DNA from: a bacterium
GTDB lineage: Bacteria; Patescibacteriota; Minisyncoccia; Phycocordibacterales; CAIZIN01
Direction: 5' to 3'
Assembly: GCA_037131675.1 (NCBI GenBank)
Contig: JBAXQO010000003.1
Coordinates: 2,487-66,486, forward strand
Length of the DNA stretch: 64,000 bases
Shown here: piece after piece, positions 9,094 to 18,944 of the stretch
How the letters are laid out: the number at the start of each line of letters is the position of its first letter
How positions within the stretch are numbered: position 1 is the first letter of the stretch
Made by a program: the position numbers and the translations under genes
The notes under the pieces: model-generated
The model's database searches: none
Told to the model about the DNA's origin: nothing
The model's input: only the letters and a program-made list of their open reading frames with translations

Positions 9094-9482
9094 TAGACTC
9101 AATCTCAAATCTCATCGTTCATCTTAAAAACTCTAATAATGCAGGAGTTCAAACTGCAAACATTACGTTTTCAAAGATGAAACTTGAGGTTCTTAAGCTT
9201 CTGGAAAAGGAAGGATATGTAGGTAAAGTAAAAGAAGTTGGAAAAAAAGACGTTAAAAAAATGATTGAGGTTGAACTCCTCTATACCAACAAAGAACCAG
9301 CTATCATGGGTGTAAAGCGAGTATCTCACTTTTCACGCCGTGTGTATTTAAAAGCTAAGGAAATCGCTCCAGTCAAGAACGGCTACGGTATTCTTGTTAT
9401 GACAACTCCAAAGGGAATCATGACAGGTAAGGATGCTCAAGCTCAGCATCTTGGTGGTGAGGCCCTATTTAATATTTGGTAA
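9087..9482 (+). CDS. rpsH: 30S ribosomal protein S8
   Basis: 131 aa; gene order. Confidence 0.9.
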   Translation: MVIDSISNLIVHLKNSNNAGVQTANITFSKMKLEVLKLLEKEGYVGKVKEVGKKDVKKMIEVELLYTNKEPAIMGVKRVSHFSRRVYLKAKEIAPVKNGYGILVMTTPKGIMTGKDAQAQHLGGEALFNIW

Positions 9483-9493
9483 TTTCTACAAAC

Positions 9494-10030
9494 ATGTCAC
9501 GACTTGCAAAAAAACCAACAGCAATTCCACAGGGCGTAGAAGTTACCTTTTCAGATTGTACTCTTTTTACAAAGGGTCCAAAAGGAAATCTATCCGTTTC
9601 TGTAGATCCTCGAATTACTGTTGAAGTAAAAGATAACGAGGCGCATTTTATCGTAAAAACAAAAAATGATCTTGAAGCTCTAGCGCTTTGGGGTACTTAT
9701 GCTGCACATCTTCGAAATATGATTGAGGGTGTCACAAAGGGTTATACAAAGAAACTTGAAGTTGAAGGTGTGGGCTTCAAATGGGAAGTAAAAGGCAAGG
9801 ACATTGTTATGGCTCTTGGTTTTTCACATCCTGTTATTGTTGCCATTCCAGAAGGTATTCAAGCTATAACTGAAAAGCTTACAATGACCATTACAGGTAT
9901 TGATAAAGAAAAGGTCGGACAATTTGCAGCGCAGGTTCGCAATTACAAGAAGCCTGAACCTTACAAAGGTAAAGGTATCCACTACGTCGGCGAATATATT
10001 CGTCGCAAGCAGGGTAAGAAAACAGTATAA
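9494..10030 (+). CDS. rplF: 50S ribosomal protein L6
   Basis: ATG at 9494 (MSRLAKKP...); the track ORF begins at an upstream TTG at 9476. Confidence 0.85.
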   Translation: MSRLAKKPTAIPQGVEVTFSDCTLFTKGPKGNLSVSVDPRITVEVKDNEAHFIVKTKNDLEALALWGTYAAHLRNMIEGVTKGYTKKLEVEGVGFKWEVKGKDIVMALGFSHPVIVAIPEGIQAITEKLTMTITGIDKEKVGQFAAQVRNYKKPEPYKGKGIHYVGEYIRRKQGKKTV

Positions 10031-10032
10031 TC

Positions 10033-10380
10033 ATGGCCAATACTAACAAAAAAACACTCAAACGAGAGACTCGACATGCACGTATTCGAGCAAAAATCGA
10101 AGGTACAAAAGAGATGCCTCGACTTTGTGTGTACAAATCAAACAAATATATTTACGCTCAGCTCATTGATGACCTTTCAGGCACAACTCTTGCAGCAGCT
10201 TCTTCAATGAAATCAAAAGGAACAATGATGGAAGGAGCTAAAGAAGTAGGAAAGGAGATTGCAGAACTTGCAAAGAAAATCAATATTTCAAAGGTCGCAT
10301 TTGATCGAGGTGGCTTCATTTACACAGGCAAGATAAAGGTTCTTGCGGATGCTGCCCGAGAAGCCGGCTTAACTTTCTAA
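10033..10380 (+). CDS. rplR: 50S ribosomal protein L18
   Basis: 115 aa; gene order. Confidence 0.9.
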   Translation: MANTNKKTLKRETRHARIRAKIEGTKEMPRLCVYKSNKYIYAQLIDDLSGTTLAAASSMKSKGTMMEGAKEVGKEIAELAKKINISKVAFDRGGFIYTGKIKVLADAAREAGLTF

Positions 10381-10384
10381 ATTT

Positions 10385-11050
10385 ATGACAGACAATAAAA
10401 CAGATAATAAAGAAGTAGAGCAGAAAAAAGAAGGGGAGGCCGCACAGGCAGCTCCTGTTGTGTTCGACAGTTTTGATTCTGCTACTGTTGAAAAACAAGA
10501 GACATCAATGACTGCTCCTAAGCGAGATTTCAAAAAGAATACTCGTCGCCCAGGAGGACCAAGACGTGAACCTCGAGTAAAATCTGAGTATGATCAGAAA
10601 ATTCTAAACATCCGACGTGTGACTCGAGTTGCATCAGGAGGACGAAGATTTAGTTTTTCTGTAGCTATCGTTATCGGTAACAGAAAAGGTGCAGTAGGTG
10701 TGGGAACAGGTAAGGCTGGAGACACATCACTTGCTATCGACAAAGCTGTTCGCGATGCAAAGAAAAATCTAATTCATGTTCGTTCAACTAAAGGTTTTTC
10801 AATTCCTCACGAAGTTTCTTGTAAATACTCAAGTGCTCGTATTATGTTGAAACCTGCTAAGGGTCGTGGCATCATTGCCGGATCTGCAGTACGTGATGTT
10901 CTTGAACTTGCTGGTGTGAAAGACGTGAATGCAAAAGTACTTTCTCCAAGTAAGAACAAATTGAACATTGCTCAGGCAACATTGAAAGCAATTCAAATGC
11001 TTAAGACTCCGAAGGCACAGGTCGCAAAAGAACCAAAGAAAGCTGAATAA
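10385..11050 (+). CDS. rpsE: 30S ribosomal protein S5 (N-terminal acidic extension)
   Basis: 221 aa; S5 dsRBD and C-terminal domains; followed directly by L15 with no L30 gene. Confidence 0.9.
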   Translation: MTDNKTDNKEVEQKKEGEAAQAAPVVFDSFDSATVEKQETSMTAPKRDFKKNTRRPGGPRREPRVKSEYDQKILNIRRVTRVASGGRRFSFSVAIVIGNRKGAVGVGTGKAGDTSLAIDKAVRDAKKNLIHVRSTKGFSIPHEVSCKYSSARIMLKPAKGRGIIAGSAVRDVLELAGVKDVNAKVLSPSKNKLNIAQATLKAIQMLKTPKAQVAKEPKKAE

Positions 11051-11059
11051 TCTACTACC

Positions 11060-11503
11060 ATGCAATTTAACACTCTTAAATCAAAAACTCAGCGAACTAC
11101 AAGCACCCAAGTTGGGCGTGGAGGTAAGCGAGGTAAAACAGCAGGACGAGGAACAAAAGGTCAGAAAGCTCGCGCAGGTCACAAAATTCGTCCAGAATTT
11201 CGTGATGTGATCAAGCGTATTCCAAAGATGCGAGGACGAGGAAAGAACAGTAACAAAACTATCCAGACAAAATCAGTAATCGTTCCAATTCTCATTCTTG
11301 AAGCATCATATGAAAATGGTGAAAAAGTTACTCCAAAGACACTTTTGGAAAAAGGTATTATTACTATAATGAAGGGCAAGACTCCAAAAGTAAAAATCCT
11401 TGGTAATGGTTCAATTACAAAGAAAGTTAACATATCAGGCTGTGATGTATCTCTCGCTGCAAAAGCAAGTATTGAAAAGGCAGGCGGTACAGTAGCAGCT
11501 TAA
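11060..11503 (+). CDS. rplO: 50S ribosomal protein L15
   Basis: 147 aa; GRGGKRGKTAGRGTKGQKAR motif. Confidence 0.9.
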   Translation: MQFNTLKSKTQRTTSTQVGRGGKRGKTAGRGTKGQKARAGHKIRPEFRDVIKRIPKMRGRGKNSNKTIQTKSVIVPILILEASYENGEKVTPKTLLEKGIITIMKGKTPKVKILGNGSITKKVNISGCDVSLAAKASIEKAGGTVAA

Positions 11504-11511
11504 GCACAATT

Positions 11512-12783
11512 ATGGAAAATTTTTTCCACAAGATAGGGGTAATCGTGAAAGACAAAAATCTTCGATCGAAATTTTTGTTTACTATAATTGCCCTCATTGT
11601 GTTTCGAGCGTTTGCAGCAATCCCAATTCCAGGAATTGATATCGCGAGACTTCAACAGTTTCTTTCAAACAATCAATTTTTTGGTTTGCTTGATGTGTTT
11701 TCTGGTGGAGGACTCTCAAGTCTTTCAATTGTAATGCTTGGTGTTGGACCATATATTACTGGTTCAATTATCATGCAGCTCTTGACTATGATGTCGCCGA
11801 AACTCAAGGCTCTATATCACGAAGAAGGCGAAGCTGGTAGAAAGAGATTTACACAATATTCAAGAATGCTTACCGTTCCTCTTGCACTCATTCAGTCAAT
11901 TGGCTTCATTTTGCTTCTTAGAAACCAGGGTGTTCTAAATGCAATGACGCCATTTAACCTAGGTGTAAACGTTATCATTGTGTCAGCAGGTTCAGTACTC
12001 TTGATGTGGATTGGTGAGCTCATCACTGAGTTTGGTATTGGAAACGGAGTTTCACTTATTATCTTTTCAGGTATAGTGGCTCGTATTCCAAGTGCTATCA
12101 ACGAACTTGCGCTCAACTATGATGCATCACAGATTCCAATGATAATCGCATTCTTTATCGGTGCTCTAGTAGTTATCGGTGGGGTAGTGTTCATTACTGA
12201 AGCAGAACGTCCTGTTCCTGTTACATATGCTAAACGTGTTCGCGGAAACAAAGTGTATGGAGGTATATCAACATATCTTCCACTTCGTATAAACCAAGCA
12301 GGTGTGATTCCAATTATTTTTGCGCTTTCAATTCTTGTATTTCCTCAGATGATCGCACAGTTTTTGGTTACATCAGGTAATGTTGCGCTTCATGCTGTTG
12401 CTCAGGCAGTTATAAGCGCTCTTCAGAATCAGCTTGTGTACGGAGCTTTGTATTTCTTCTTTGTATTTGTCTTTACTTACTTCTACACAGCTGTAACTTT
12501 CGAGCCAGATTCAATTGCAACAAATTTACAGAAGAACGGTGCGTTTATTCCTGGTGTTAGACCAGGTGTACCAACTTCTGAATACCTTGCAAACATCATC
12601 ACTCGCATTACGCTTGTGGGAGCACTCTTTCTAGGTGCTATCGCTGTTCTTCCTTTAATTTTGCGAGCCGTAACTGGTGTGGCATCTTTGACGATTGGCG
12701 GTACTGCACTTTTGATTGTAGTTTCTGTAGTTATTGACCTCATCAAAAAGGTTGAAGCACAGCTTACAATGAGAGAGTACTAA
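11512..12783 (+). CDS. secY: Preprotein translocase subunit SecY
   Basis: 423 aa polytopic membrane protein following L15. Confidence 0.95.
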   Translation: MENFFHKIGVIVKDKNLRSKFLFTIIALIVFRAFAAIPIPGIDIARLQQFLSNNQFFGLLDVFSGGGLSSLSIVMLGVGPYITGSIIMQLLTMMSPKLKALYHEEGEAGRKRFTQYSRMLTVPLALIQSIGFILLLRNQGVLNAMTPFNLGVNVIIVSAGSVLLMWIGELITEFGIGNGVSLIIFSGIVARIPSAINELALNYDASQIPMIIAFFIGALVVIGGVVFITEAERPVPVTYAKRVRGNKVYGGISTYLPLRINQAGVIPIIFALSILVFPQMIAQFLVTSGNVALHAVAQAVISALQNQLVYGALYFFFVFVFTYFYTAVTFEPDSIATNLQKNGAFIPGVRPGVPTSEYLANIITRITLVGALFLGAIAVLPLILRAVTGVASLTIGGTALLIVVSVVIDLIKKVEAQLTMREY

Positions 12784-12802
12784 AACAGTCATAAATATAA
12801 AA

Positions 12803-12836
12803 CAAAAAGCCAGCATAGCCGCTGGCTTTTTGTTTA
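12803..12836 (+). terminator. Rho-independent terminator after secY
   Basis: aaaaagccagcatagccgctggctttttgttt. Confidence 0.75.
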
Positions 12837-12894
12837 TTTACACATGTCACTCATCTGGTAATTTTCCAAAAAATCGGCTAATATAGAGCTTATA

Positions 12895-13503
12895 ATGATG
12901 CAAAAAGAGAAAAAGCCGATAGCGTTCTTGTTTATTGGTCGGTCTGGTTGTGGTAAGGGTACTCAGGCAGATATTTTCATAAAAAAATTCAAAGAAACTC
13001 ATCCTCATGAACCTTTGTATTATCTTGAATCCGGAAAGAATTTTCGTGAGTTTATTTCTAAAGAAAACTTTTCAAGTGTGCTGTCTAAGAAAATAATGGA
13101 GACAGGTAAGCTTCAACCGGAATTTTTGGCAGTATGGGTGTGGTCACATTTAATGATTAGAAATATGAAGGAAGGTGAACATCTGGTTCTTGACGGTGTT
13201 CCTCGAAAGCTTAGAGAAGCTCATGTGCTTGAAACCGCATTTGATTTTTACGGTTTTAAAGAAGTATATGTTATACATATAGATATTACTCGAGAAGAAA
13301 CAAAACGAAGACTTGCAATACGTGGAAGAATGGATGACAAAGATCCTAAAGAAGTAGATGAGAGACTTGATTGGTTTGACAATGATGTTACACCTGCAAT
13401 TGAATTTTACTCAAACAATCCACGGTACAAATATATTCATGTTAATGGAGAGCGAGAGATAGAAGTGGTACATGATGAAATCATTGAAAAAGTTGGACTC
13501 TAG
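12895..13503 (+). CDS. adk: Adenylate kinase-like nucleoside monophosphate kinase
   Basis: P-loop GRSGCGKGTQ (the GKGTQ signature of adk); VLDGVPRKLREA; position after secY. Confidence 0.75.
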   Translation: MMQKEKKPIAFLFIGRSGCGKGTQADIFIKKFKETHPHEPLYYLESGKNFREFISKENFSSVLSKKIMETGKLQPEFLAVWVWSHLMIRNMKEGEHLVLDGVPRKLREAHVLETAFDFYGFKEVYVIHIDITREETKRRLAIRGRMDDKDPKEVDERLDWFDNDVTPAIEFYSNNPRYKYIHVNGEREIEVVHDEIIEKVGL

Positions 13504-13546
13504 TTTTTGCAGTCACATCAGATGGAGTGGTAATTTAAGAATAGAA

Positions 13547-14311
13547 ATGATTAAATTAAAAACAAAAGAAGATATAGAAATTTTACGGGAAGGTGGCAAA
13601 CATCTGTCTTTTGTCTTATTTCAACTTAAAAAAGCTGCAAAGCCAGGGGTGACAACAAAAGAGCTCGATGATCTAGCTTACAAACTCACCATTGAGAAAG
13701 GAGATACTCCTGCTTTTCTTAACTATCAGCCGTATGGTGCAGATCGGCCATATCCGGCAAGTGCTTGTATTTCTATAAACAATGAAATCGTTCACGGTAT
13801 TCCGAATGAATCAGAAAAGATTTTAAAAGAAGGAGATATTGTTTCTTTAGATATGGGCTTGATACATAAAGGGTTGTTTGTGGATTCTGCTATTACCGTG
13901 CCAGTTGGAAAAATTGATGATGCTGCAAAAAAACTCCTAAAAGCAACTCGTGAATCTTTGGAAGCTGGAATAAAAGCTGTGAAAGTTGGTGGTCACATTG
14001 GGGACATTGGTGCGGCTATAGAGTCTGTGGCAAAGAAATATAAATTTGGAATCGCTGAAGGTTTGTGTGGACACGGTGTTGGTTTTGCTGTACATGAAGA
14101 CCCATATGTACCCAACGAAGGAATGACAGGTGAGGGGCCAGAGCTTGTACCAGGACTTGTAATCGCTATTGAGCCAATGTTTAACGAAGGTACGGGACAA
14201 ATAAAACTTGCAAAGGATAAGTGGACATACGTCACAAAAGATGGGAAGAGAAGCGCTCATTTTGAGCACACAATAGCTGTTACTGAAGAGGGAATAGAGA
14301 TTTTGACTTAA
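13547..14311 (+). CDS. map: Methionine aminopeptidase type I
   Basis: ATG at 13547 (MIKLKTKEDIEILREGG...); the track ORF starts upstream and overlaps adk; MetAP metal-binding residues and position after adk. Confidence 0.85.
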   Translation: MIKLKTKEDIEILREGGKHLSFVLFQLKKAAKPGVTTKELDDLAYKLTIEKGDTPAFLNYQPYGADRPYPASACISINNEIVHGIPNESEKILKEGDIVSLDMGLIHKGLFVDSAITVPVGKIDDAAKKLLKATRESLEAGIKAVKVGGHIGDIGAAIESVAKKYKFGIAEGLCGHGVGFAVHEDPYVPNEGMTGEGPELVPGLVIAIEPMFNEGTGQIKLAKDKWTYVTKDGKRSAHFEHTIAVTEEGIEILT

Positions 14312-14419
14312 CATAATTTATGTTGTCTAGTATATTGGCCTTATTAATGAATAATAAATTCATATAATCTTCATGTAGGTTTTGTTAATGTGTTGAAAGT
14401 TATACGTACCTTAAAACCT

Positions 14420-14480
14420 GTTTTCACTACAGTAGAAAAAGCTTAATTATAGTTATGTTTTTTCTACTGTAGTGAAAAAC
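14420..14480. repeat. 21-bp perfect inverted repeat (long hairpin) in an AT-rich intergenic region
   Basis: gttttcactacagtagaaaaa ...17 nt loop... tttttctactgtagtgaaaac. Confidence 0.8.
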
Positions 14481-14519
14481 ACAGTGTAAACAACAACCAA
14501 CCAACGAAAGGAATTTAGT

Positions 14520-15068
14520 ATGGGATTAATAGGAACATTGGCTGAAAGTGTATTTGGAAAGGGGTGGAGCCCTCAAAATGTGAATTCTGATTTATCAGGA
14601 TCAAAAACCGTAATGGTCAGAGGGACGAGGAGAATATCCTTACCTCTTTTTGAGGTTTTTGCCTCCAATACGAACCGGAGCGCTAAAATTAAAATATCCC
14701 AAGTGTGGCCAGTGTTCGAAAAACTCTTCTACATGAACGGATATGTTGTGACTTCACAATCAGACAGCGTTTTGGTTTGCGACGAGATGAGAGATGGTGC
14801 TCTTATAAACCTTAAAAAGGATGCGTTGGATTTTGACAAATCTGCCATAGTCAGCCTCGGACAAATCTTGTCTTTGCTGCTTGAACAGGGAAGTGGTGAA
14901 GAAGGCTCACTCTTAACTAACGGATGGTCAAATGGGTTCCGTGTTGTTAACGACTATGATGAGCTTTGCACACTTGTTGTCTATGCAGATTCGGAAGGCT
15001 GGTGCATTGGTGTCGAAGCTGATGACAAAGGCGGACTTAAGAAGGGTCGCTTCTTTTATCCTCAGTAA
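14520..15068 (+). CDS. Hypothetical protein (182 aa), locally higher GC; first gene of a two-gene module with the large ATPase
   Basis: Clean ORF with RBS aaaggaa upstream; no family recognisable by eye. Confidence 0.5.
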   Translation: MGLIGTLAESVFGKGWSPQNVNSDLSGSKTVMVRGTRRISLPLFEVFASNTNRSAKIKISQVWPVFEKLFYMNGYVVTSQSDSVLVCDEMRDGALINLKKDALDFDKSAIVSLGQILSLLLEQGSGEEGSLLTNGWSNGFRVVNDYDELCTLVVYADSEGWCIGVEADDKGGLKKGRFFYPQ

Positions 15069-15082
15069 AATAATTGTTGAGT

Positions 15083-15130
15083 CCTGGTTTGTATCTCGTT
15101 GAATTAAACGAAACAAACCAGGGCTTTTAT
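15083..15130 (+). terminator. Hairpin plus T-run after the 182-aa ORF (attenuator or terminator)
   Basis: cctggtttgtatctcgttgaattaaacgaaacaaaccagggcttttattttttt. Confidence 0.6.
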
Positions 15131-15207
15131 TTTTTTATATTATTCACAACTCTATTGGATTTTTTCTATATTTTTTATTTGTATTTTGCGGTACAATTGT
15201 AAAGAAT

Positions 15208-17982
15208 ATGAATCCTAATTTTTCACAAGAAGGTGGGGCTTTTACAAATTCTCAGGATGAACTCGCATTTTTGCGAGAACGTATTGCATCACTTGAAAAA
15301 AACTTTGAGCAGAAAGGTGAAAAAATAAACCGTGAAGAAATAATTCGCGAACAAATAGACTCGTATAAAAAAGTCTCTCCAGAAGTTGCTCTCCATCAAG
15401 ATTTTGCACTCACGCATTCACAAGTAGAGGGGATAGTACTCGACCTCTCTCCAGAAGAGCATGACAAAAAAATGGAAGAATTGGTGGGGACTCTTCAAGA
15501 AAAAGGAATTCATAATACTTTGCGTGTGGTTGAAGGTTTGAAAAATCCGCACCTAGAGGATGATTTCCACAGATTTTTAGTGGAGTATGTAAAAAAAGGA
15601 TATCTGCTCGAAGGGATGAATGAGCGTGCCCCAATATATAAAACACTTCGACGTACTCTATACGAAATTGCTTTTCCTGATGCAGAGAAAGACGAGAAAC
15701 AAAAACCTCTAAAAGAGTTTATTTCAAGCATGGAGCAATTTTATTCTGGTCTTTTGAATGCTGGAGGAATAAAAAGCCTTCACGACTATATAACTATCGA
15801 GCTTGCAAATTCATACAATAGTCAAGAAACTGTGTTTTATATGTCGGTACCAAATGACCAATGTGATTTGTTTGAAAAGCAAATACTTTCTGTTTTTTCC
15901 AAAGCAAAAGTACTTGCTAAACATGATGACTACAATATTTTCAATGAATCCGGAATAACAAGTGGTTCGTTTGCTTCATATGTGAAGAGTGATGCACTAC
16001 CTCTTAAGCTTTATGATGAATATGATTATGATCCTCTCAATATCGTTCTCAACTCATTTTCTAAAATAGGTAAAGCAGGTGAAGGTGCTGCTATACAAAT
16101 TATTCTTAATCCGGCAGGAGATTTTTACCTATCTCGCTTTAAAAAAGCACTTGAGGAAATTGAAAAAGGTGGATCTAAAAAAGAAGCACTAGATGTAACC
16201 TATGATTTAGGTGAAGAGCTTGCAAAAGACTTTAAAATTTTTATTAAAGACATGTTCAAGGGGGATAAAAAGAAAACCGAGAAAGACCAGTTCGAACACA
16301 AATATGTTGACCAAGCTACGGTAGAAAGTTTAAAGAAAAAAATATCCTCTCCTGTGGTTGCTGCAAATATCCGCATTTTGGCATCTGCAGAAAACAGAGC
16401 ACGAGCAGAGGCTATTCGTAGTGAGCTAGAATCTACCTTCAACCAATTTGTAAGCACTACAGGAAATAGTGTTGTTTTCACAAAATGTGAAGGAAGTAAA
16501 CTAAATGTTCTTGTAAGGAATTTCTCGTTCAGGTATTTTATTGATGGTGAAGTTTTGCCTATGAATATTAAAGAACTCACAACTATTATGCATTTTCCTG
16601 CAGGCGGGCTTGCATCAAACCCAAACTTGAAAGAAGCAAAAGCAGGTTCAGCTCCTGCGCCAGTAGGTATGCCAGAAAGTGGATTGTTTCTTGGTACAAA
16701 TATTCACCAAAATATTAAAAAAGAAATTTATATAACTCCAGAAGACAGACTTCGTCATATGTATGTTATTGGTCAGACTGGTACAGGTAAGTCTGTATTT
16801 TTGAAGAATATGGCAATTCAGGATATTAAGAATGGGGAAGGTGTGTGTTTTATTGACCCGCATGGTTCGGATGTAGATGCTGTTCTTGCCTGTGTTCCAC
16901 CTGAGAGATATCAAGATGTTATATATTTTGACCCTGCGTATACAGAAAGACCGATGGCTCTCAACATGCTCGAATTTGATCCAACTCGTCCAGATCAAAA
17001 AACATTCGTAGTAAATGAATTATTTAGTATTTTCAAAAAACTTTTCAGTTCCGACACTATGGGCCCTGCGTTTGAACAATATTTCCGAAACTCTGCTGGT
17101 CTTGTGATGGAACATCCAGAAAGTGGTTGTACCCTTGTTGATGTTTCTCGTGTTCTTTCGGATAAAAGATATCGCGATCTTAAGCTTGCTCATTGTAAAA
17201 ATCCTCTCATTGCACAATTTTGGGCAAATGCAGAAAGAACCAGTGGGGAGCAGGGTTTGGCAAACTATGTGCAATATGTGACAAATAAATTCGATGTCTT
17301 TCTTTCAAATGACATTATGCGTCCTGTTGTTGCTCAAGAAAAATCATCTTTCAATTTTAGAGACATTATGGATAGAAAAAAGATTTTACTCGTCAATCTT
17401 TCAAAAGGACGTCTAGGAGACCTAAATGCAAACCTTATAGGACTTATTCTTGTTGGAAAGATTTTGATGGCAGCTTTGTCTCGTACTGATTTAGTAGGTA
17501 GAGAAGAGTTTCCACCTTTCTATCTTTATATTGATGAGTTTCAGAATATCACAACAGACTCAATCTCAACTATACTTTCTGAGGCCCGAAAATATAAACT
17601 TAGTCTTACGATTGCACATCAATTTATAAAACAGATTGAGGAAAATATTAGAGATGCGGTATTTGGAAACGTTGGGTCTATGGCAGTGTTTCGTGTGGGT
17701 GCCGAGGATGCAGAATTTTTGGTAAAACAATTTGAACCTGTGTTCACGACAAAGGATATTATGAATATCGATAACCTAAATGCTTATTTAAAAATCCTTT
17801 CCCAAGGAAAGCCTGTAAGACCATTTAGTATCCATGAACCTTTTCCACCGCAGGGAAATGTTGATGTGGCTGATAAGCTAAAGCAGCTTTCATATCTTAC
17901 ATATGGAAAAGACAGAACAGAGGTAGAAGAGGGTATTATGGAAAAATATGCTCCTACTGGAGGAATGAGTGTTAAATTATAG
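15208..17982 (+). CDS. Large P-loop ATPase: ~470-aa N-terminal domain of unknown function fused to a HerA/DUF87/VirB4/TraD-like ATPase domain
   Basis: Walker A GQTGTGKS followed by FIDPHGSD (the DPHGE-like motif of HerA/VirB4/VirD4-type ATPases); Walker B LYIDEFQN; 924 aa. Confidence 0.6.
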   Translation: MNPNFSQEGGAFTNSQDELAFLRERIASLEKNFEQKGEKINREEIIREQIDSYKKVSPEVALHQDFALTHSQVEGIVLDLSPEEHDKKMEELVGTLQEKGIHNTLRVVEGLKNPHLEDDFHRFLVEYVKKGYLLEGMNERAPIYKTLRRTLYEIAFPDAEKDEKQKPLKEFISSMEQFYSGLLNAGGIKSLHDYITIELANSYNSQETVFYMSVPNDQCDLFEKQILSVFSKAKVLAKHDDYNIFNESGITSGSFASYVKSDALPLKLYDEYDYDPLNIVLNSFSKIGKAGEGAAIQIILNPAGDFYLSRFKKALEEIEKGGSKKEALDVTYDLGEELAKDFKIFIKDMFKGDKKKTEKDQFEHKYVDQATVESLKKKISSPVVAANIRILASAENRARAEAIRSELESTFNQFVSTTGNSVVFTKCEGSKLNVLVRNFSFRYFIDGEVLPMNIKELTTIMHFPAGGLASNPNLKEAKAGSAPAPVGMPESGLFLGTNIHQNIKKEIYITPEDRLRHMYVIGQTGTGKSVFLKNMAIQDIKNGEGVCFIDPHGSDVDAVLACVPPERYQDVIYFDPAYTERPMALNMLEFDPTRPDQKTFVVNELFSIFKKLFSSDTMGPAFEQYFRNSAGLVMEHPESGCTLVDVSRVLSDKRYRDLKLAHCKNPLIAQFWANAERTSGEQGLANYVQYVTNKFDVFLSNDIMRPVVAQEKSSFNFRDIMDRKKILLVNLSKGRLGDLNANLIGLILVGKILMAALSRTDLVGREEFPPFYLYIDEFQNITTDSISTILSEARKYKLSLTIAHQFIKQIEENIRDAVFGNVGSMAVFRVGAEDAEFLVKQFEPVFTTKDIMNIDNLNAYLKILSQGKPVRPFSIHEPFPPQGNVDVADKLKQLSYLTYGKDRTEVEEGIMEKYAPTGGMSVKL

Positions 17983-18006
17983 GATAAAGTATATAATCAT
18001 AATCCT

Positions 18007-18612
18007 ATGACACACTTCAAAAAAGAAAAAACACTTGTAATTATTAAACCAGACGGAGTGCAACGTTCACTTGTTGGAGAAATCATAAAGCGCTACGAGA
18101 GAGTAGGGCTTAAACTTATCGCAATGAAGATGATAACGGTAGAGGGTGATTTTATAGAGAAACATTACACCCTTGATCCAGAATGGAGAAGAATAACAGG
18201 AGAGAAAACAATAAAAGGGTATTTAGACAAAGGTCTTACACCGCCATCAAATGATCCTCTCGAAATTACTGGTGTGCTTTTAGGAAAACTTAAAAAATAC
18301 ATGACGAGCGGTCCTGTGGTTGCGATGGTGTGGCAAGGAGCTCATGCTGTAGCTCTCGTGCGTAAACTTACGGGCGGAACAGAGCCACTAACCTCCGATG
18401 TGGGGACCATACGTGGAGATTTCGTTCTTGACTCATACCAGATGACTGATAGCGATAACCGTTCTATACGAAATTTGGTGCACGCCTCTGGCTCTGTAGT
18501 TGAAGCAGAACAAGAGATTCCTCATTGGTTTAAGGAAGATGAAATAATTAAATATAATCATATTCAAGAAAAAATTCTCTATGATGTAAATTTGGATGGA
18601 ATTTTAGAATAA
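18007..18612 (+). CDS. ndk: Nucleoside diphosphate kinase (long form with inserted segment)
   Basis: TLVIIKPDGVQRSLVGEIIKRYERVGLKLIAMKM; active-site His in NLVHASGS. Confidence 0.75.
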   Translation: MTHFKKEKTLVIIKPDGVQRSLVGEIIKRYERVGLKLIAMKMITVEGDFIEKHYTLDPEWRRITGEKTIKGYLDKGLTPPSNDPLEITGVLLGKLKKYMTSGPVVAMVWQGAHAVALVRKLTGGTEPLTSDVGTIRGDFVLDSYQMTDSDNRSIRNLVHASGSVVEAEQEIPHWFKEDEIIKYNHIQEKILYDVNLDGILE

Positions 18613-18944
18613 TCTTTCAATTTCTTGATTTAATGATTTTTGGGTGTAATATTCATTTTAGTATGAACTTTCCATCTCAAATAGTAACGGCGGAAGGTGC
18701 CATTGGCATCATTCCGGTAACAGACGATGAAGATTCTGTTTCACCTAGCAACGGAAAAACTGTTTCAGTGACACCAAAACGTGATTCGGTTTTCAAACCA
18801 GTTGATGTAGGTGCTCAGACTCGTCGAGCCTACTCCGGCTGTTTTTTTAGGGTTTAAGGTGATATTTTTTATTTGATTCCATATTGGGTACCTCAAGTTA
18901 ATCTTGTGGTACTTTTTTCTTTGTGGTGCTACATGAAGTTAACA

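Noticed and set aside
18633-18857. 74-aa ORF downstream of ndk
   Set aside because: It has no convincing RBS, has odd composition and lies in a region that is more likely a 3' UTR or sRNA. I kept it only as a possibility in the intergenic discussion.
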